Shown here one piece after another: positions 13,564-25,298 of a DNA stretch of 64,000 bases. Each line of letters begins with the position of its first letter. Position 1 is the stretch's first letter. Source of the DNA: Gnetum montanum (taxonomy: Eukaryota; Plantae; Gnetophyta); NCBI GenBank assembly GCA_015680685.1, contig MNCI01002657.1:163858-227857 (forward strand), given 5' to 3'. The notes under the pieces are model-generated. The model saw nothing but the letters and a program-made list of their open reading frames with translations, did no database searches and had not been told where the DNA came from. A program made the position numbers and the translations under genes.

Positions 13564-16500
13564 TGTGACATCTCGTTTTTGGATGTCGTGAAAATACAAT
13601 CTCTTAATTTATCACATTCATCATTTTCTTAGATAATATACTAGAAACATTATAAATATTTAATAAATAAATTAATTGGTAATAAATAATTAGTACTAAA
13701 AATAAAAAGTGGAAAATAGAAAAATTTTATTAATAGAAGAGAGTACTATAACACCCTCTGGATTATCTTCCCATGTCACTTAAGCCTTAGAGGTAATTCA
13801 ACACTACCACCATGATTAGGTTGATCATTTCCTTTTTGTCTTGCTTCATCTAGCTCCCATTACTTACCTCTCCTGATTCCGCAACTCCATGCCCAGCACG
13901 ACCTCTAACCCTAGCCTTAAATAGCATAGGTCAAACCCTTTCTCAAGGGATACATGAATAATCGTAACTACTCATAATAAGGTGCCCCTTCATTTGAAGG
14001 TTAATTACATTGTTTATAATTTTTTCCACCCTTAACAAGGAACAAGATGTTACAATCTACCCCCCTTAGGCATCTAGCTTGTCCTCAAGCACTTTTTCTA
14101 TGTCCAGCTGCTTAGCTACTGCTTCATTGTTATGCTCCTCAACTTTTGTTCCATTATTTTCCTCATTATCATCTATACAAATAGAAGATCAAAAATTATA
14201 AAACATAATTTATTGCATCCATAAAAAATACAATTTATTATTCAAGATCATGATGATCAAAACGTTGCGAGTAAGTATTTAAAATAAACTCCTTGTTTTC
14301 CCATGTCTACTGATCACAATTTGACCATTGAACAAGTACTTTGTTCATAATTTTATTTTGTAATTTCTTGGTTCATTGGTTCTTAATAGCAATGGGTCTA
14401 ACTTCAAAGCTGCCATTCGATTGTAATACCAAAGTATTCCAATCCAGCATGTATGGTACATCATTTTCATAAAATTTCTTTACCAAGCTCACATGGAAAG
14501 CTAGATGAATTTTTAAAGTTGCTAGAAGATTTAACCAATATGCTACTTCATTGATTCTTTCAAAGATTTCAAAGGGTTCATTGATTCTTTCAGAGATTTC
14601 AAAGGGTTCACAAAATCTACCCATTTAGTATATTTTCCAAGTTTAAGAGAACTTCTGGTAGGTTTTACTCTTAGTAATACTTGATCTCCTACTTGGAATT
14701 CTTTTTTAAGTCAATGTTGATCTGCATATCCTCGATATTTATCTTAGGCAGCTTGTAAATTTTTTTTACCTCTTATGATAATGTTTTCCATTATTTTCAT
14801 CTTCTTCCTTCCATTCCGTTCTTAAGGTTGAATCTACCCAGGTTAGTGGTGTACGAAAATTACGTTCATATACTACTTTGAATAGTGTTCAATGTATGGA
14901 ACCTTGATAATTGTTATTAGAGGAAAATCTTTCCAAGTGCAAATAATTATCCCACATTTTTAGTCTACTCCCAACATAGCTTTGTAGGATATCTTCTAAT
15001 ATTCTATTCACACATTCAGTTTGCTCATTAGTCTTAGGGTGATAAGCTATGCTAAATTTCAACTGGGTTCCAAGCTCTCTAAATAAATTTTTCTAGAATT
15101 CTAATATGAACTTGGGATCTCCATCCAAAGTGATAGGTTTTGGACAATAATGTAATCAAAATACTTCACGTATGAATTTTTAAGCTACTTCTTTTGTTGT
15201 GTTTGTAGATTTCAAAGCTATAAAATGTGCCATCTTTGATAGACAATCAACCACTATGAAAATTGAATCATTTCCCTTTTGGTTATTGGAAATCCCACAA
15301 TAAAATGCATGGTGACATCTTCCCATTTCCAAGTTGGGACTTCCATAGGTTGTAATAATCCACTAGGTTTCCTCTATTTAGCTTTTATTCTTTGACACGT
15401 TGGACAATTTTTAATGTATGAGGCCACATCGTTCTTCATTTCAAGCCAAAAATAATATTTTTGAATTATCATATAGGTCTTAATATAACTGGGGTGTCCT
15501 ACGTATGGTACTTCATCTGCTTCACATAACAACCTTAGTCTCCAATTTCCCTCTGGTATGCACACTCTTTGTCCTTTTATCAATAAACCATTAGAGGTAA
15601 GTTGATATAGAGGCTCATAGGAAATATTGGTTAAAAGATTTTTAAAATAAGGATCTTCTTTTATTTGTTCCTTGATTTCTTCTTCCATAGGGATCATTAC
15701 CACACCTATCATTAACTTCCACATTCAACTAAGGGCATCAACTACCAATTTTTCTTACTAGGAATAAAACTCTCATTCCTCCATCTAGATCACCAAGCAT
15801 GTCTCCTTTTTCTGAAACACTTAGAATAGTTTCCCTTCTATAGGCAGCACTAACACCATTTTTTGAGTCTATTCCAGTGATTTCTTCTTTCTCTATCTTG
15901 GGTTCTTCTTATTTGATGAGAAAGATAGTGGCAACTATTGAAAAGAACTTATGCTTCTTCAATGCATTAGTTAGTGAATTTTTGATAACAAATCCTATTC
16001 TATTCATGAGGGTGGCTATCATTTATAGAAGTCTCAGTCATGCAACTTCAAGACAGACTATGATGTAATATAGGCTAGAGTTCTCTCATCTTTACATCCA
16101 ATTCATGAGGATGCTCAAAATGCTGTAAAAGATCTGGAGCAACTCTTAAGAGAATTAGAGAGTGCAACATGCTATGTTCACCATCTGGAGACCTGTGAAT
16201 AATTTCTCCAAATTAACAATGATTGATTTCAAGTAATATTTTTTTTCTATTCTTTATGCTTCCCTTTTTTTTTATTGATTTACTCATAACTCATGATTAA
16301 AGTCTTTTTTCTGTAGAGAAAGAAGAAGGAACGATAAAAGAACATAGATGATTGATCGATACAAATGGACATGTTGAAGACCCAAGTTAAAAGAAAAAAA
16401 ATTAGCAACTATAGCAAGATGTGGGACCAAATACACCAAACAATTGTATGACAGACTAGCTAGATGCAAAGTAGTGCTTAGCAAGAAGGATGCCACTACT

Positions 16501-17310
16501 AAAGAAAGGGAATCACAATTGAAGATAGTCATAAATCTCTTTCAGTTGTTTGGTCATAACAAATAATCACAATTGCTTTCTTTAAATCTTTCCCATTCTA
16601 CTTCTTTTCACTATTCTTCCCTTTCTGTATTCTCCTTAGATGTACTTCCTCTCACTCTTCATGTGTTACAAAATAAAATAAAATAATATTTTCTTCCATT
16701 TTGTTATTTTACTTAAATGTACTTCTATTCTATAATAACAATAATAAAATAAGGTTTCTCTTCACTTTGGTTCCTGGATTGTGGTTTGCTTTCATACCAA
16801 ATGTGACATCCCATTCTCGAATGTCGTAAAAATACAATTCTTTAATTGATTGCATTCATCCTTTTCTTAGATAATATACTAGAAACATTATAAATAGTTA
16901 ATAAATGAATTAATTGGTAAATAAATAATTGGTACTAAAGAATGAAAAAAGAAAAATAGAAAAATTTTATTAATATAAGAAAGTACTATAACACCCTCTA
17001 GGTTATCTTCCTATGCCACTTAAGCCTTAAAGGTGATCCAACACTACCACCATGGTTAGGTTGTCCTACCAAAGGGGTGATCAGCCCTTTTTTGTCCCAC
17101 TTCACTCAACTCCCATTACTTGCCTCTCTTGGCTCCATAACTCCATTCTCGACATGACCTCTAACCCTAGCATTAAATGGCATAGGTCAAACCCTTTCCC
17201 AAGGAATACACGAATAATCATAACTCCTCATAATGAGGTGCCCTTTTATTTATAGGTTAATTACATTATTTACAATTTTTTTCACCCTTAGCAAGGGATG
17301 GGATGTTACA
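13564..17310 (-). mobile_element. Non-autonomous Tekay/Del-like chromovirus (element C), retaining only integrase and chromodomain
   Basis: LTRs 13564-14054 and 16802-17310 (element sense TGTAACATC...GATGTCACA); perfect TSD ACTAC at 13559-13563 and 17311-17315; PPT AGGGGGGTAGAT; decayed iMet PBS (TGGTATGAAAGC) just left of 16802. Confidence 0.92.
14270..15770 (-). pseudogene. RNase H tail, integrase and chromodomain of element C
   Basis: LVVDALS; GHP...YYFW...CPTCQRIK zinc finger; DSIFIVVDCLSKMAHFI; YHPKTNEQTE; IHLAFHVSLVKK; 30-bp in-frame duplication (EPFEISERIN/EPFEIFERIN). Confidence 0.85.
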
Positions 17311-17370
17311 ACTACATGAGTTCTATCTTGTTGCTAAGAATGTATTATATCTTTAACGATTGTTAGTGGC

Positions 17371-18975
17371 TGGAACACCGAGGTCCATAGGTAGCCTAAC
17401 CCCAAATCTGCACAAGGGCCTACTAGAGGTGGAGATGGGGTGCTCTGGAGGGTCTGGTCAATCGAACAAGGACTTACCAGATGCAATGGAGGTGTAATGT
17501 GATAAGCTACAATGCTAAGTTGAGACAGTGCTAAGGATGCAAGCAGTGCTTATCGTACTTGTGGTGTTTGTAGTGTTAGTGGGGTCTAGCATAGTTACAG
17601 GTGTCGGAGGAGGCAAGTGTAGTAAAGCGTTTCAATGAAGCAGATGGTGTCAACGCACAAGAACCATCACTTGATCATAGTTCAGGCAAGTCTACATAGT
17701 GAAAACAGCAAAAAATGCAAATAAAATGTGGAAAATGCAAAGAAATAGAGAAAATAGAGTAGAATATCATCCAAAATGGGGTTAAGCATAGTTAACACCA
17801 GAAAGGGGGTTTAGAAGGTACACAGTGTATAGTAGGCATAAGTGGATAGCGTAGTCATAGTCTCTGAGCTCTCCGACCAAGAAGACTAGTGTTGCTAAGG
17901 AATCTATGTCTACCAAGCTGACTACCATGTTGTACTGCTAGATGCGGTGTTCTGTTGGTGGTTTTCCACTTTGCCCATTCGTCAACCACTTGTTGAACTT
18001 TCCAAACAAAAAAAGGGTCCACCTCTTCCTCTCTCCCTCATCTCAAAAACATTGAGGACACTAGTATTTATAGACTTAGGGTTAGCGAGAAATGAGAGAT
18101 GGCTGCCATGTGGTGGATGGGACGATTGGGACTATGCTCAGCATAGTTACCATTCATGTGGTGTACCAATGGAGCTAATGGTGTTGTGCTTTGTTGTGCT
18201 CTACCAAACTCTATGGGACTGTCAAACTATGACTATGCTACCAACCACATGTGTGTGCACTAAGAGGGCCTTGAGGTATCTAAAAAATGACACTCAGAGA
18301 CTACACTCTTCATGCTCTCACATGGGGTCAAGCATAGTTACAATTTTGGGGTAAAATGGAATACAAAAAAGAAGAATTTTTCCAACTATGCTTGCTGAAG
18401 GTGAGTTGACTATGTTGTGGAGTTGAGCTAAGTGTCATTGTTGTGCTATGGAGGCTGCTAGAGACTATCCTTGCTGACTATGCTCTTCTGAAAAGTGACT
18501 ATGCTCTAGGCTAGCGGAGAGCATAGTCTCACTATTGGTGAAATCTATGAGGAAAATGGATTTTTTGCAAACTATGCTCTCCCTGAGAGGTTGACTATGC
18601 TCCCAACTAGGGGTGAGTGTAGTCTCAACACTTGACAAAAATTGTGAAGCTGATCTTCTTTTAACTACGGTCTCCTTGAGAGGCTGACTATGCTCTGAAC
18701 TAGGTTCAAGCATAGTTTCGACACTTAGAAAAATTTGTGAAAACTAACCTTTTACTGACTACGCTCTCCACAACTACACTATCTATGCTTTGGAATGGTA
18801 TGCTTCGTGGAGAGCATAGTCTCAACACTTAAGCAAAATTTCAAGATTTTTTCCTCCAATGGACTACACTCTAGGAGACTACGCTATCTATGCTTTATAG
18901 AGGGGTTGATCATACTTCTCACTTTTTGCCAAAATTTGTAGTATAATATTGTAGTCCAAATTTGGTGGTGTTTCA
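17371..18975 (-). repeat. 3' LTR of element E
   Basis: Aligns with 33458-35074; preceded in element sense by purine-rich CAAAGAGAAACCAA. Confidence 0.85.
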
Positions 18976-20119
18976 TTGGTTTCTCTTTGTTGACGTCTGG
19001 AGGAGTGGCCTAAGAGATATCAACAAAGAATAGCAAAACACTATAATAGACTTGGCATCAACATCCCATTTCAATTCGTGATCAGATTTCATTGCACTAT
19101 GCCCAAGGAGTGCTATGGATAGTGGCATGCTAGATGATAGGTGATAAGTGAGAGTAAAAGGCATAGGTGATGTGCTAGGGCTAAAAGGGAGGATAAGGTG
19201 CAAATGGGGTATTATGATGTGAGAACATCATGGCTAATGGTGACCATAGTTAATGGTGACCATGGCACCAAAGTGGCTTGTCCTTGAAAACGTTGACCTC
19301 TTGTCGAAGTGCTAGTGAGAGAGTCAAGGCATAGGTTCAAGGCTGGGCCAACTACAAAACTACTTTCCTACTGCATTGCTTGGCAACAAGCTTTTCCACC
19401 CCCTTTTTTTGGTGAAGTGAACCTTCTTTGGACTCTGCACGTTACTAAATGCTTGCTATGAAGTGCTTTCCATCGAGTCAGTTATGCATCACTATATGGA
19501 TTTTGTTTTTTTGTTGGAAAAATTGCATCGCATCTGTATGATAGGTGTTTCCTTCCCAAAATAACTTATGTTACATTCACCTAGGCTTTGACTAACCAAT
19601 AGAGGCTTCCCATAGGATGATTCATGTTACATCCACCTAGGGCTTTGAAGCTTAATTTGAAGAGGGTGCGATGTGGTCACAGCACATGAGTGTCAAAAAG
19701 GTTTGTAATCTTTGCTATGTAGGGAATGAAAGGGTATCGAGATGTAAAAGTAGATGTGAGTAGGCTCTAACAAGATAATAGGGATATGCACTCTTGAGAG
19801 GTTTAGCTAGTCCAATCATGCATATCAGAGCAATGTGATGACTTATTGCTGCAATGAGACATGCCTTTGTACAACTACCTAGGGCTTCATCCTACAAACA
19901 CAAATCTAAGAAGACAAGAGAACCACACAATCCATAAATGCAAATATAATGCAAATGATAGAATGCAAAAGGCCACATCAGCAACACAGGTTGCATAGAA
20001 CACAAGTGCTTTATTCTAGAACTGTAGCATGCTCGCTCACTTCATATAGAAGGAGAGTTGTAGAATGCTTGCTCACTTTCTTGAAAAAGGATGAAAAAAG
20101 TTATTAACAACTAACTGTG

Positions 20120-20440
20120 AACCCAATTTAAGGTCCTGGTAGACCATGGCTTTACTAATTTAAGATCATAGCAAACTGTTGGGCCTAGTTTAAAGTCCTA
20201 GCAGATAGTGTTATGCTAGTTTATAGTCCTAACGAATTGCTCTGAGCTAGTTTAACGTCTTAGTGAACATGTTCTGCCACTTCAAGGTCATGGTAGACTA
20301 CTAGTTTAAAGTCATGGTGGACTACCAATTTATAGTCTTGGTGAACGTGTTGTGCTAGTTTAATGTCGTGACCCAAGGATGAGCTATGCTAGTTCATAGT
20401 CATGGTGGACCTCTATGCTAGTTTAAAATCATAGTAGATA
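20120..20440 (+). repeat. Degenerate tandem array in the 3' UTR of element E (CYAGTTTAAGGTC core, ~20-35 bp period)
   Basis: About 10-11 copies of the core with variable linkers. Confidence 0.7.
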
Positions 20441-20469
20441 AGTGCTCACCTTGCTTCATTCATGTGTGG

Positions 20470-21520
20470 TACTACATGCTAGATATAGCACGGATTCAAG
20501 TGCGAATTATTCACTAGATTGGAAAACTCATTTTTTTCTTGATCAACAAGTTTGAATGCTTCATTATCATAGACCTTAGTGACCAAGAAAGGCTCTTTAG
20601 AGTTGGTTGAGAATTTATCCATGAGTTCATGAACGGCCTTGAGCACTAGGTCCCCTTTCCTGATCGGGCATTGATGCTAGTTGTGATGATGCTTTTGTTC
20701 TTACCTTTCTTGATACCATTCGATGTGATCAAGCGTACGAATGCACTCCTTCTTTATTAAGTCAAGGTCTATGGTTCTTAACTCATAATTCTGACCTTCA
20801 TTGATGAAGTTCGAGAGGATTAACCGAAGTGATGGAACCTATAATTCAAGTGAAAAAATTATTTCAAATCCATAGATGAGGCTATAAGACATCATACCTG
20901 TTGCTCTTTGATGCATTGTGTCGTAGGCCCAAAGTGCATAGACTAGTTGCTCATGCTATCCTCATTTGTTGTTGCTTAGCATCTTCTTAAGGAGGTTGAT
21001 AATGACCTTGTTCGTAGCCTCTGCTTGGCCATTTTCCTAAGGGTAGTATGGCAATGAAAAGGAGTGTTTGATGCCAAAGTGCTCATAAAAGGCTTTGGTT
21101 TTTGTGCTACTAAACTATGGTCCGTTGTCCATTACTATGATCATGGACAAGTAGAAACATGTCACTATTTTGTCCAACACGAACTTGTAAACCTGCTACA
21201 ATGTTGTCTTCCTAAGGGGAATAGTTTCAATCCACTTGGTGAAATATTTTGTTGCAATTATTATGAATCTATGCCCTATGGAGGACTTAGGCATTATGGG
21301 TTCAATGACGTCCAAGCCCCAGCGTTGGAACGACAATGTGATTTATGTTGTATGCAATTCAATTGGTGGCATGTGCATTAAGTTGCTATGTTGTTGACAA
21401 GTGTTGCATGTTTTGACTTTCTAGACATAATTTCTCTTCATGTAAAGCCAATATTAGCCTAGCCATCTAATTTTTTCTATCATTACCCTAGGTGCTATGT
21501 GACCACCGCATAGTCCATCG
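20470..21520 (-). pseudogene. Integrase of element E
   Basis: PFNAGAWTSL/WGLD-like segment; IVMDNGP; YYP*ENGQAEATNKVI; YALWAY; FSTNSKEPFLV (GPF-like). Confidence 0.85.
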
Positions 21521-21829
21521 TGGTTGCTCAATGATTATTTTTGTTTCATTTTTTCTTATGCAGGTTAACAGGATGCCATCATGGGATCTATGACATAACG
21601 TGTTATCACCTACAATGATGTACTACCATGAACATTTGTGTACTATGTCCTTTTAAGTAGTCGTTAAGTGTTTTGGAGGCTCACCTTGTAGAAGGTACAC
21701 CTTGATGTTGGCATACCACTTTTTTGTGTGGGTGATGCTAACTGTGGCTATGGATACATCCTCAATGGTTTACATGATGGATGCAATGCAATCCACCACC
21801 AAGGTTAGCAATGTGTTGAACATGCTAGT

Positions 21830-23967
21830 CGCCATGCTAAGGGCTAATGTTGCAAGTGCATTGGCAATGGCATTTTCACTTTGCGGAACATGTTGAACAT
21901 CAACAGTTACAAAGTGTTGAAGCAGGTGTTTTGCCAAGTCACAGTAAGGTTGTAAATGTTGTACATTGTAGGCATAAACCTTTGTTACCTAATTGACCAC
22001 TAGTTGTAAATCACCTTAGATCACTATGTGTTGGATCCCTAAGTCGCGTGCTACAAGGATGCCTTAGAGGAGACCTTTGTACTCCACCACATTATTGGTG
22101 GAAGAAAATGTGAAACGATATGTGAAGGGTCATATCTCCCCAAAGGAAAATGTGATAGTAGCAGCAACACTCCCCCTCGAGACGTTGAAGCTCCATCAAA
22201 ATGTAGGAGTGCCTCATAGTTATCAAGCACTTGACTAATACTACTAACATGCTCATCTAGGAACTTAGGGTCTATGATAGCTTGATCATCTACTGGTGAA
22301 GCCATGAGTTGTGCAACTATAGCTTGACCTTTTGTTGAGGCTTGCATGACATAATGTAGGTCAAAATCCATTATTATTTCTTTCCATCATGCAATGTGAC
22401 TACTTTAATAGATATTCATTGTTATAGCTCAAAGTATGTTATTCTCGTAAATGATGTTAACCTGGCTGCAAAAGTAGTAATGCCTCCACTTCTTTAGTGA
22501 GAAGTCTAGGCCAAGTCAATACTTCTCCATGTCATTGTATCTCGTTTCATGGGCTACTAATGCATGACTTAGGTAGTAGACTAAGAGCTCTATACCATCA
22601 TCTCACTTTTAGCAAACTAGAGAAGCGATGGATGTGTCAAAAGTGGTAAGGTAGATGTAAAAAGGCTTATCTCCTTGCAGAGGATGAACCATAGGCAGTT
22701 ATGCTAACTCTTACTTAATGCTATCAAAGACTTGTTGGCACTGAGAGATCCACTCGAAGTGGGCTCCTTTCTTGAACAAATGTTGCATTGGTTGAAGCTT
22801 GTCGGTTAACCGGGTGATAAACCTATGTATGAATTATATTCTACCTTGCAATCCTCATAGCTCGTTAAGGTTAACCAGTGATGCTAGGTTGGTTATGGCC
22901 TTAACCTTATCAAGATCCATGTGTATACCTACTTTGGATACTACAAAGCTGAGCATCTTACCCATTCTAATGCCAAAAATACACTTCTTGGGGTTTAACC
23001 TAAGCTCGTGTTTTAGGCAATGTTTAAGCACCAAGTCTAAGTCATTTGTGTGGTTGTGGGTCACTTTGGACTTAACTGCAATATCATCTACATAGTCATT
23101 GAGCAAACTTAGCATGTAATCACTAAAAATACACATCATTGCATGTTGGTGTGTTACTGCTACATTCTTTAGTCCAAAAGGCATCATTGTGTAGCAAAAT
23201 ATACCCCAGGGGGCCATGAAGGTTGTGCTAAGCTGGTGCTTAGGGTTGATACTAATCTGGTTGTAGTCTAAGAACCCATCTATGAAGGACAATAATGCAT
23301 GTCTAACCATGGTATTAATCAATTGATCGATACTCGGCAGTAAGAAGTCATCTTTGATGGTTCCCTTCTTTAGGTCCTGGAAGTCTATGCAAATGCATAT
23401 ACTTTCACTTTTATTAGACACAACCACAATGTTGGAGATCCAATCTACATAGTCAATAGCCAAAATGAAATTAGCTTTGCAAAGCTTGATGATCTCATCA
23501 TAGACTAACAATGCCACCTTAGGTCTAACCTTGAGTGATTTTTGCTTAACTGGTATAATGCAAGGATCAACAATAATGTTATGCTCGACTAGCCAGGGAT
23601 CCAGGCCTGACATGTCCTCGTATGACCATGCAAACGCTTTGATGTTATCATGAAGTACTTTAGCGATTTCGTGAGCATGCTAAGGTTCTAACAAGGAGCT
23701 TCATGTCAACATTCTTGCCTCATCATTATGTGTTGCCATAGGGATCTTAACAAGGGGATCCTCTATGATATTCCCTACCTCTAGGTCAAGAGCCTTAACT
23801 AGATGGTTGGACCAGTTTAGTGGTGCTTCTACAGATGTTATGTATTCATTGTAGGTTGTAGACTCAAGGTCTAGACAATGAGGGTTAATGCATTACTTAA
23901 TGTCACCATAAGGCCCCATGAGGACCAAAGGTGAAATGATCTACCCATGCATAGCCATGTCATGTTC
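21830..23967 (-). pseudogene. RT, RNase H and additional RNase H (aRH) of element E
   Basis: ORF 22855-23613 (MPFGLKN, YVDDI); aRH motifs LHFDGAS, GDLQLVVN and NAIANALA at 21830-22215. Confidence 0.9.
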
Positions 23968-25298
23968 CTACAAAATAAACCAGAAAAATGTCAAGTGGCA
24001 TATGTTTGACAAAGTTAATATGCATGAATAAGAAAAGCAATCCAATGAAATTTTCTTAGGCATCCATGTAAGTTGTCATGTAAAGTGAACATGTGTGTGC
24101 CAATTTTAGGACTCAAGAGGTCGTATGTGTGCCAGTTTTAAGTCTTAGTAAACCATGGATGTGCTAAACATGTTGTCTTGAGGAGGGCTAATCATGCTCA
24201 AGGAGTGGAATTAACTTGCACATTTGTAGGACAACGAAAAATCATGGTTTTGGGCTCAAGATGGTTGACTACACTCTCACCCAACTATGCTCTCCATGTT
24301 CAGCAATGGGGTGGTTGGTGTTGAGTGTAGTCCTAGGTTGATGGATCATTAATGAGCCTAGAAGAGTATATAAACATAGTTATACCACAGTAACTTTATT
24401 ATTTCTGCCTTTACTGCAATGTTGAGAGCATAGTCTTGCTGTTGCCTCTGCCTTTAACCATAACATCAAGAGCGTAGTTGTAGAAAGGAAAATTCACCAA
24501 AGTGCATGCCTTCATCCAGGGTTGACAAACATCGTTGAAGGTGAGAGGGCACTGAGCCGCCCACTCCAGCCACACGTGGAGGAGAGGAGGCCATCTACAT
24601 TGGCCAAGTGTGCTAACTACACTCTCCCCTTACTTTTATTTTCTATTTTTTTTTCTCAATTTTAGGGGTTTTGAGAGCATAGTCCCATAGTGCTTCTTGT
24701 GCACCCCACCATCGCGGTGGACATCGCGATGGTGTGCTGTTTGTGGTGCAACATGGTAGTAGGGAGGGCTTTTTGCTTCTTTTAGGGTTTTGGGCACTAG
24801 TTTAGCTGTGGATTCGATGTAGGAAGGGGAGATATGATTTTGTGTTATTTTTTTCTTCTCTATGTTTGGGTCTATGCGGGTTCTAGGGTCTCACAAACTA
24901 CACTGTGTGATGCAGCCGAAAGGGACATCATCATTAACACCAATGTTAGGGTTTGGCAATGATGGGAGATGCGGGGACTGGCACAGCAGAGGCAAGGTGG
25001 GGATCTATCTCTGTTCTCCTTCTCTATTTTTTTCTTTCTTGTTTAATTTCATAGGGATAGCCTTGCGAACTATGCTCTGGGGTGTAGGCACAGGGCCGTT
25101 GGTGCCGTCAGCACAATTTGGCATTTCATGGGCTATGAGCGCCATTGTAGGGAACTTTACTGTGAGCTACTTCTACCTTCTTGTGGGCTACTGCGTCACT
25201 CCCACGTGTGAGGGTTTTAGCCCTATGGGACTATGCTCTAAAGGTTTCGAGCATCTGCCTAGTGTTTTCTACCCATGCTGGGTTGCTAAGATTGTGCC

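Noticed and set aside
17947-18354. 135-aa ORF
   Set aside because: Lies within an LTR of element E and is not open in the sister LTR.
20120-20440. CRISPR-like repeat-spacer appearance
   Set aside because: Eukaryotic TE context, degenerate short cores, irregular linkers and no cas genes. It is a Tat/Ogre-type tandem array.
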